Positions 46,015 to 52,496 of a stretch of 64,000 nt of DNA are shown one piece after another; within the stretch, counting starts at the first letter, position 1, and the number at the start of each line of letters is the position of its first letter. The notes below the pieces were generated by a model. The model worked only from the letters and a program-made list of their open reading frames with translations, had not been told where the DNA came from and did not search any database. The position numbers and the translations under genes are program-made. Source of the stretch: Elusimicrobiota bacterium (GTDB lineage: Bacteria > Elusimicrobiota > Elusimicrobia > Elusimicrobiales > UBA9959); assembly GCA_003482905.1 (NCBI GenBank), contig DMXM01000003.1, positions 5,285 to 69,284 on the forward strand, read 5' to 3'.

Positions 46015-48309
46015 CTATTCTTTCTTGCCCTTAACGGCCCACTTGAGCCTGTCGGCCAGGGATCCTTCCATTTCTTTGTAGCTCTCCAGCTCCGCGGATA
46101 TTTCGGCCAGCCTGGCGGCGTCGGCCTCGCGCTGCTGGGCGGCGGAGGCCTGCAGGCTGAGAAGGCCGGCGTGCTCCGTCTCCAGCGCCCCCGCGCTTTC
46201 CTGGACCTGGAACTCCATCTGCTGCGCTCTTTGTTTGAGGAACAGAACTTCGGATTCAAAACGGGCGCGGTTCTCGCTTTCGGTTTTAAGCTGTTCGGCC
46301 TGGGCGCGGAGCTCGGCGGCCAGGCTGGCGGCCTGCGCCTCCGCGGCGGTTTTCTGCGCTGCGGTCACCGAGGACTGTTCCCGGAAAGCGGCGGCCTCGG
46401 CGGCAAGGCGCTGGCGGTCGGCTTCCACGGCGCGGGCGTATTTTTCGGCTTCAGCCTTCTGAGCGGCGGCGGCAGCGGCGGCGCTCTCCTGCCTGGCGGC
46501 CTCGGCCTCGGCCCTTGCCACCCTGGCTTCGTACTCCTTCGCCTTTTTATCTATGGCGCCCTCATAATCCATGGAGACGGCGGAAAGGCGGTTGTTTTCT
46601 ATCTCTAATTTATGCGCCGCACCCTGTACCGCGGAGAGGGATTCGCGCAGCTCTTTGATCTGCGCGGAATATTCGGTCTCGAGCTGGCGCCGGAGGGCGT
46701 TCTTTTCCTCTTCGGCGGAATTTTCATACTTGGCGCGCAGCTGCGCCGTCCTGGCGTCGAATTCGGCCTGGCGTTCCGACACCAGCTTCTCCGCGGCTTG
46801 CCTGGCGGCGGCCGTAGTGGCGGCCAGCCCTGCCTGCCCGGCCGCGGTTATCTTTAAAATTTCTTCCTGGTGGGCGCGCATAAGGCCGGCGATCTCTTCT
46901 GCGTGCTTGCGGTCCATCTCGGCGGCGTAACTGTTCTTCACGCGGTCCATCTCCGCGGCGCTGCCGCTCTTGACGCGGTCTATCTGTGAGACGCAGTCGC
47001 TCTTGACGCGGTCGGTCTCGGCGCGCATCTTCGCGGCCATAGCTTCCAGCTCCCCCTGGTGGGAGGCCTTGAAACTTTCGTTCTCGGCCTTAAGGCGCTT
47101 TATTTCCTCCAGCTGGGCGGCCATGTTCTGGGCCAACTGCATTTTTTCAAGCCGCAGCTGCCCGCGCTCTTTTTCCAGCACGGTATTGATGGCCTGCACC
47201 CGGCCTACAAAACCCTTCAGCTTAAGCAGTTCGGAAAGCGCCCGCACCTTTTCCCCGGACACATCGGCGATGGCCTTCTCCTTCTCCTGCAGCTGCAGCT
47301 CGAAACGCCCCTGGAGCTGCTTCAGCTCGTCGTTCTTCTCGGCGTTCTTGCGGTCGGAAATGGAGCCTATCTCCGCCTGGAGGCGGCCTATTTCCTTCTG
47401 CAGCTTCTCTACCTCGAAATTAGCCCTCTCGTCGCGCAGCTTGGCCTCGCCAAGGGCGGCCGCCTCGCGCGACCGCATCATGATATTGTCCGATTTAAGT
47501 TCGGCCAGCTGGCGCTCCTTCTCGGGGATCACCTTTATATAGGACTCTATGGAGGCCTTCTCGCGCTCGGCGCGGGCCACCTCGTCCTTCATTTTGGAGA
47601 GGTCCCGCTCCAGCATGGATTTCTCCATGGAAACCTTGCGGAACTCGTCCTCGGTCTCGCGCAGCTTTACGTCGGCGTATTTGAGCGAGCTGATGGCGGC
47701 CTCGCGGGAGGCTATCTCTTTCTGCCACTGGGCTTTCTCGTCAAGCCAGCGGCGCTCCATCTCCTGAAGGCGGTGTATGAAATGGCCCTCCACGTCGCGG
47801 CCCTGGGTCTCGCGCTCCGACATCTGGTTCTTGAGCGTCCCCATCCAGGTCTCGCGCTCCTGGGCCAGGCGGGTCTCCATTTCTTTTATCTTGGACTTGA
47901 GCGAAAGACGCTCCTCCTCCACCTCGTGGTCGCGGCGGTCGCGGCGCATCTTCTCCTGTATATCCTTCAGCGAAGACTCCACGCGGGAGGAAAGGGCTTC
48001 GTCCTGCTGATTCTTAAGTGTGGCCAGCAGGGCTTTTTCCTTCTCCTGGGACAGAAGTTTTTCCATGTCCGAGATCTTTTTTTCCAGCTTGTCTTTCTCT
48101 TCCTGTATCTTTTTAGCCTCTTCCGCGGAAGAGTCCTTTGCGGGCTGGGGGGCGGCCGCGGGCTGGGCGAACTGGGGAGCGAAAGGCGCCTGCGGCAGGG
48201 GCAAAGAAGGTCTCCCCCCCGGCGGGGGCGGGAAACTGTTGGGCTTGATCATGCCGGGAGGCAGCGGGGGCATCCCGGGTTTAGAAATTTTTTTATCCCT
48301 GTCGTCCAT
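46015..48309 (-). CDS. 764-aa coiled-coil protein with a proline-rich N-terminus
   Basis: PGMPPLPPGMIKPNSFPPPPGGRPSLPLP is followed by about 700 aa of E/K/R/A/L/Q-rich heptad-like sequence. Three 33-nt tandem repeats occur at 46936-47013 (DRVKS... units). Confidence 0.7.
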   Translation of the reverse strand: MDDRDKKISKPGMPPLPPGMIKPNSFPPPPGGRPSLPLPQAPFAPQFAQPAAAPQPAKDSSAEEAKKIQEEKDKLEKKISDMEKLLSQEKEKALLATLKNQQDEALSSRVESSLKDIQEKMRRDRRDHEVEEERLSLKSKIKEMETRLAQERETWMGTLKNQMSERETQGRDVEGHFIHRLQEMERRWLDEKAQWQKEIASREAAISSLKYADVKLRETEDEFRKVSMEKSMLERDLSKMKDEVARAEREKASIESYIKVIPEKERQLAELKSDNIMMRSREAAALGEAKLRDERANFEVEKLQKEIGRLQAEIGSISDRKNAEKNDELKQLQGRFELQLQEKEKAIADVSGEKVRALSELLKLKGFVGRVQAINTVLEKERGQLRLEKMQLAQNMAAQLEEIKRLKAENESFKASHQGELEAMAAKMRAETDRVKSDCVSQIDRVKSGSAAEMDRVKNSYAAEMDRKHAEEIAGLMRAHQEEILKITAAGQAGLAATTAAARQAAEKLVSERQAEFDARTAQLRAKYENSAEEEKNALRRQLETEYSAQIKELRESLSAVQGAAHKLEIENNRLSAVSMDYEGAIDKKAKEYEARVARAEAEAARQESAAAAAAAQKAEAEKYARAVEADRQRLAAEAAAFREQSSVTAAQKTAAEAQAASLAAELRAQAEQLKTESENRARFESEVLFLKQRAQQMEFQVQESAGALETEHAGLLSLQASAAQQREADAARLAEISAELESYKEMEGSLADRLKWAVKGKKE

Positions 48310-48390
48310 ATATTATTCCGGCTGAACTATCAGCACACCTATATTCTAAAGAAAGCGGGTTTCAATTAAGTTACGTAAATGTTAATTCTC

Positions 48391-50337
48391 CTAGCGGCCC
48401 ACCTGGGTCTTGAAACCGGACAGCCATTCGACGGCGGCCGGGTCTCCGGACAGCGCCGCGTAGCGCTCGTAGGCGGCCACGGCCTCGTCCACGCGCTGCA
48501 GGGCGTAGTAGACGGTGCCCAGGTATTGCCAGGTCTGCGCGTTCCCCGCGTCCAGCGAGGAGGCGTATTCCAGGTACTGCAGGCTCTCCGGCAGCTTGCC
48601 CTGGTTGTAAAGGTCCATGCCGGCGGCCAGGTACTGCCCGGCCTGGGCGGACTGCTCCGCGGAAGGGCCGGCGGACGGTTCAGCCTTCGGGGCGGACATG
48701 CTTTCGAATTTGCGCTTGCGCTCGTCGCCGGAGGACATCTCCGCGCCGTCTATTATATAGACTTCCTGGGTGTTGCCCTGGCGCACGTTTATCTTGCCCT
48801 CCGCCTCCAGCGCCTTTACCGCATCCAGGATCTTCATCTGGGCCTCGTCCTGCAGGGCCGGGGTGATCTCGCCCGAGTACTCCATTATTTCCTTAATGGC
48901 GTTCACCGCGCCCTGCGACATGTTGGAGAAGAACTTGTTGGCGATGGCCGGGTCCGCCTTGGCCACGGCCTTGGCGATATCCTCGTTGGAGAGGTTCCTG
49001 ATGACGGTCTGCATATCGCGGTCCGGGAAATTGACGACATCCTCGAACATCAGCACTATGCGCTTGACCTTTTCGTAGATATCCGGCTTCTGCGTTTTGA
49101 GGTATTCGATGATATTCTTGCGGGTCGCCGGGTCGGAATCGTCCAGCATCTTCGCCAGCCGCTCTATGCCGCCCATCACGAAATCCACGTTCTCGCGTAT
49201 ATCCTTATCTATGGCGTCTATCTGTTCGCGGGTGGCCTGGCGCACGGTAAGGGCTTCCAGGGCCACGCGGGACTGCATCTCCACGGGCAGCATGGACAGG
49301 GCCTGGCGGGAGAGGTCCGGCTTGATGTAGCTGAGCACCACGGCTATCACCCACGGGTCCTCCTTCCTCAGCAGGAACAGGTAGATCAGCCGCTTCAGGT
49401 TTTCCTCGTTCAGGTACGTGAAAGGTTCAAATTTCTTCATACTCTCGTCCTCTTCTTCCTTCGCCTCCGCTTCCTTCTGCAGAAAATTCATGTCTATGCT
49501 CTGGTGCCCCTCCGTCTCCTCCTTACCCTCCCCTTCGCCGGCGCCGCCGCCTTCCTCCCTCTTATCCTCTATATTCACCTCGGCGCCGGGCTTGGCCATG
49601 AGCGCCTTGACGTATTTGCGGAAAAAGCCCCAGAGCGGGCCGAAGAGGAACAATAGCAGTATAAGGAAAAGCAGCGCGTAAAGCAACGGCAGGTAGACCC
49701 CGGGCCGTTTCAGGTCGTCGAACATGTTGTGAACATTGAACTTAGTCGCCTTAAAGACCACGGTCGGCGCGTCTTTCTTGCGGATCTTATAAGGGACGAG
49801 GAAGTCGTCCACCCGCTCGCGGGCCAGCTTCACGGCGGCCGCCGGCAGAGTATCGTCGTGTATTACCGTCAGCTGAAAGCGGGTTATCTCGTTCTCGAGG
49901 CCGTAGCGTATTTCCTGCACGCCCTTGGCCTGCTGGGCCTGCTGGCCCTGGGCCGCCTCCGGCCGTTTATTATCCCCGCCCAGCACCGACTTGGGCTTGG
50001 GGATGCCGGGCAGGATGAAATCGGTATCGGAGCCGGCGCCCTGGCCGGGCCCCTTTTCCTTGTACTTCTGTATTATGCCTATGCCTTCCTTGTTCTGTTC
50101 GGCCCTCTTCGAGATAACCTCCAGTTCCACGTCCGCGAAAACGAAGGATTTATTGGGCCCGAGGATGGGGTCGAGGATCTCGGTCTTTATCTTGGTCTCG
50201 GTCTCGCGGCGCAGGGAATCCTGCCGCTCCATCAGCGACGCGCCCATGGTGTCGGTCACCGGCGACGAGCCCGACTGGGCCGAAACCCCGGGCGCCGCCA
50301 TGGCCAGCAATATAAATATAAGCGCAAGTTTACGCAT
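48391..50337 (-). CDS. signal peptide, periplasmic domain, TM helix, FliG-like middle/C-terminal domains and TPR in one fusion protein
   Basis: - Signal peptide: MRKLALIFILLAMAAPGVSAQ.
- TM helix at about aa 214-239: VYLPLLYALLFLILLLFLFGPLWGFF.
- Acidic linker follows the TM helix.
- FliG-like blocks at aa ~305-517: LMFEDVVNFPDRDMQTVIRNL...IAKAVAKADPAIANKFFSNMSQGAVNAIKEIMEYSGEI...EAQMKILDAVKALEAEGKI.
- C-terminal TPRs: YLAAGMDLYNQGK...AQTWQYLGTVYYALQRVDEAVAAYERY. Confidence 0.7.
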   Translation of the reverse strand: MRKLALIFILLAMAAPGVSAQSGSSPVTDTMGASLMERQDSLRRETETKIKTEILDPILGPNKSFVFADVELEVISKRAEQNKEGIGIIQKYKEKGPGQGAGSDTDFILPGIPKPKSVLGGDNKRPEAAQGQQAQQAKGVQEIRYGLENEITRFQLTVIHDDTLPAAAVKLARERVDDFLVPYKIRKKDAPTVVFKATKFNVHNMFDDLKRPGVYLPLLYALLFLILLLFLFGPLWGFFRKYVKALMAKPGAEVNIEDKREEGGGAGEGEGKEETEGHQSIDMNFLQKEAEAKEEEDESMKKFEPFTYLNEENLKRLIYLFLLRKEDPWVIAVVLSYIKPDLSRQALSMLPVEMQSRVALEALTVRQATREQIDAIDKDIRENVDFVMGGIERLAKMLDDSDPATRKNIIEYLKTQKPDIYEKVKRIVLMFEDVVNFPDRDMQTVIRNLSNEDIAKAVAKADPAIANKFFSNMSQGAVNAIKEIMEYSGEITPALQDEAQMKILDAVKALEAEGKINVRQGNTQEVYIIDGAEMSSGDERKRKFESMSAPKAEPSAGPSAEQSAQAGQYLAAGMDLYNQGKLPESLQYLEYASSLDAGNAQTWQYLGTVYYALQRVDEAVAAYERYAALSGDPAAVEWLSGFKTQVGR

Positions 50338-50400
50338 GACAATACTATTCTATCTTTATCCTATTACAGGAATGTTTCAAAAAAGTTCAACATTTAATTT

Positions 50401-50542
50401 CGCTTCGGCGCAGGCCGGGCCGGATAAGCAAAACCCTGCCGGAAGCCCGAGCTTGCATAAGCGCGAGGGCTGAGGCGGGGAAGGGCGGGCACGGTGTGTC
50501 CCGACCCTGTTTTTGCGTTCCGGCCCGGCCTGCTCCGAAGCG
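50401..50542 (-). repeat. structured intergenic repeat, copy 1 (3' of the PorV-like gene)
   Basis: It starts 6 nt after the stop at 50549. The terminal arms CGCTTCGGCGCAGGCCGGGCCGG and CCGGCCCGGCCTGCTCCGAAGCG are inverted repeats. The core GCCCGAGCTTGCATAAGCGCGAGGGC is identical to copy 2. Confidence 0.8.
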
Positions 50543-50548
50543 CCGCCC

Positions 50549-52165
50549 TTAGCGGACCTGTTTCAGGAAGTTCTTGACCATGGTGTTGTTGGGGTTGATC
50601 TCCACCACCCGCTCCCAGATAACCTTGGCCTTCTCTTTCTGGTCCATCAGGTAGAACGCGCTGCCCATGATCTCAAGGGCCGTCTCGTTATTGGGCTCCA
50701 GGTCCAGAATGTCCTGCGCGCGCTTCATGGCCAGGTCGTACTTGCCGTCATAGATGGACTGGCGGGCGTCGTAGGTGCGCTGGTCTATGTAAGTGAAGAT
50801 CTCGGGGCCCTCGGGCTTGCGGGTAAGCTCGCTGACATTGGCCTCTTTCTCCACCATGTTGAGCAGGGAGAGCAGGCGGTCGTTCTTCGGCTCCTTGTTG
50901 AAAGCGTGGCGCAGCACGTTGACGGAGGCCCGCAGGTCCTTGCCGTCCACGTAGGCGATAATGCCGCGGCGGGTCAGGGTGGGCACTTCCTCGCCGCCGG
51001 TGGCGTCGGGCACGTAGTCTATGGCGCCCTGCAGGCGGGTGATCATGCGGCGGATCTCGTTATTGCCGGGGTCGGCGTCCATGGCGCTGCGCAGTTTCTC
51101 CATGGCGCGGGTGAAGTAGCCGGACTTGAAATACTGCAGGGCCTGGCGGACGATGTCGCGGACCTCGCGGTCGTGCTTGGTCTTGTTGGACTGCCCCATG
51201 CGCAGGGTGACGGAAAAGCGGGTGGTGGTGCCGAGCGCGTGCACGCCCTGGGCCACGTCGAAACCGAGGTTCTTGTATTTGATGCCCAGGCCGAAGTCGG
51301 CCTCCTGTATGCCCGGGGTCCCCATTACGCCGAAGCGCAGGGCGCTCCAGTACATCAGCCAGTACTCGCCGCCGAAGCGCCAGTTGGTGGCCGAGTTCTG
51401 GGGCTTGGCGATGTCGAAGCCGAAAACCAGGCTGCCCTTGAAGAGGCTGAGCGCCTGGCCGAACTTGAGGGTCAGGGGCAGCTTGTCGTCGGTATCCCCG
51501 GAGGCCATGGAGAAAACGTTCTGGATGCCTACGGCCGCGCGGTAGGTCTTGGAGAACTTATTCAGCATCGCCACGTCTATGGCGTTGAAGGAATCGGCCG
51601 AGGTATCCAGGGTGCGGGAGATGTTCTTGGCCATGACGCCGAAAGAGAGCTTGTCCGAAACCTCGCGGCCCCAGGAGAAAGCCAGCGCCCGCTCCACGCT
51701 GTCGAAAGAGCCCAGGGTCTTGATATCGATAATCTCGTCGCCGCCGGGGTTGGCGGTGATGGAGATCTTCTCGAAGCCCACGGACTTAAGCTGGGTCATG
51801 CTGACGGCCCAGGTGCCCTTGGTGGTGGTGGGGTGCGCGTAGGTGAAGAAGTTAAGCGTGGTGTCCGCGAAAAGGGTGGCCTGCATGGCGGTGAATTCCT
51901 TGCGCTCAAGCAGGGTGAGGGCGGCGGGGTTCCAGTAGGAGGCGGAAGCGTCGTCCGCCACCGCGAAGAAGGCGCCGCCCATGCCCAGGGACCTGGCGCC
52001 GGCGCCGTAGGCCATGAACTGCCCGGGCTGGCCGCCGCTCTGGGCCAGGGCCGACGCCGCCGAAAACGCAATAAAAAGCCCCATGGCCGGGCTGAAGCGC
52101 ATTACACGCTTCAAGGAAGCCCATATAGCCAAGGGGGCAAAAGCAATACAATAATTGCGTTTCAT
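50549..52165 (-). CDS. PorV/PorQ-like outer-membrane beta-barrel fused to C-terminal TPR repeats (alternative start 52102)
   Basis: Signal peptide MRFSPAMGLFIAFSAASALAQS. The family-typical N-terminal strand is GARSLGMGGAFFAVADDASASYWNPAAL. Alternating beta-strand pattern to about aa 330, then TPR-like helices (ALQYFKSGYFTRAMEKLRSAMDADPGN, ...ALEIMGSAFYLMDQKEKAKVIWERVVEINPNN). Confidence 0.65.
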   Translation of the reverse strand: MKRNYCIAFAPLAIWASLKRVMRFSPAMGLFIAFSAASALAQSGGQPGQFMAYGAGARSLGMGGAFFAVADDASASYWNPAALTLLERKEFTAMQATLFADTTLNFFTYAHPTTTKGTWAVSMTQLKSVGFEKISITANPGGDEIIDIKTLGSFDSVERALAFSWGREVSDKLSFGVMAKNISRTLDTSADSFNAIDVAMLNKFSKTYRAAVGIQNVFSMASGDTDDKLPLTLKFGQALSLFKGSLVFGFDIAKPQNSATNWRFGGEYWLMYWSALRFGVMGTPGIQEADFGLGIKYKNLGFDVAQGVHALGTTTRFSVTLRMGQSNKTKHDREVRDIVRQALQYFKSGYFTRAMEKLRSAMDADPGNNEIRRMITRLQGAIDYVPDATGGEEVPTLTRRGIIAYVDGKDLRASVNVLRHAFNKEPKNDRLLSLLNMVEKEANVSELTRKPEGPEIFTYIDQRTYDARQSIYDGKYDLAMKRAQDILDLEPNNETALEIMGSAFYLMDQKEKAKVIWERVVEINPNNTMVKNFLKQVR

Positions 52166-52290
52166 TGTTTTCGGCAGCCTGACCCCCGCTCACTTAGCGG
52201 GTCTTAGCTTTGCGCCGCCGGTTTTCACCGGCTTTGCTATTATCGTAACAATACGGCGTTACAAACTCGTTACAGATTTACGGCATTAAT

Positions 52291-52318
52291 ATTATAGCAC
52301 ATTAAAATGGTTTGTCAA
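52291..52318 (-). promoter_or_regulatory. near-consensus sigma70 promoter (TTGACA-N16-TATAAT) for the PorV-like gene
   Basis: The minus strand reads ggggcTTGACAaaccattttaatgtgcTATAATattaatg. The -35 is at 52318-52313 and the -10 at 52296-52291. It shares GGGGCTTGACA with the promoter at 22427-22437. Confidence 0.55.
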
Positions 52319-52328
52319 GCCCCACCCC

Positions 52329-52340
52329 TTGACATGTCAA
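52329..52340. promoter_or_regulatory. perfect 12-bp palindrome TTGACATGTCAA abutting the -35 box (operator candidate)
   Basis: Read directly from the sequence. It lies 10 bp upstream of the -35 hexamer on the transcribed (minus) strand. Confidence 0.35.
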
Positions 52341-52361
52341 TCCCATCACACCTTTCGTGGC

Positions 52362-52492
52362 GGCCCGCCTGGGGACCGGGTTAGCAAAACCGTGTCGGAG
52401 GCCCGAGCTTGCATAAGCGCGAGGGCCGAGACGCGGAAGCGCGCGCACGGTGTGCGCGACGCTGTTTTTGCGTTCCGGTCCCCAGGCAGGCC
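52362..52492 (-). repeat. structured intergenic repeat, copy 2 (3' of the giant gene)
   Basis: It ends 4 nt from the stop codon at 52497-52499. Arms are GGCCCGCCTGGGGACCGG and CCGGTCCCCAGGCAGGCC. The interior aligns with copy 1 (AGCAAAACC...GCCCGAGCTTGCATAAGCGCGAGGGC...GCACGGTGTG...CTGTTTTTGCGTTCCGG). Confidence 0.8.
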
Positions 52493-52496
52493 TAGC

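Noticed and set aside
45903-46259. The N-terminal 119 aa of track ORF 45678..46259, which would extend FlbD to 193 aa.
   Set aside because: The extension is P/R/W/S-rich. It overlaps the 3' end of the coiled-coil gene and the intergenic promoter. FlbD proteins are about 70 aa, and the internal ATG at 45902 has a TATAAT 7 nt upstream.
50513-52207. A 564-aa plus-strand ORF opposite the PorV-like gene. Similar shadow ORFs occur at 48379..49656, 47059..48369, 5075..6379 and 8049..9371.
   Set aside because: The reason is the same. The opposite strand carries the recognisable protein, and the shadow products are G/L/H/R-rich without motifs or plausible start contexts.
50401-52492. I considered whether the two structured repeats could be a CRISPR array or the terminal inverted repeats of a mobile element carrying the PorV-like gene.
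   Set aside because: There are only two copies, about 2 kb apart. They are in direct (not inverted) orientation and much longer than CRISPR repeats. There is no cas or transposase gene and no target-site duplication. They are kept as a structured-repeat finding instead.
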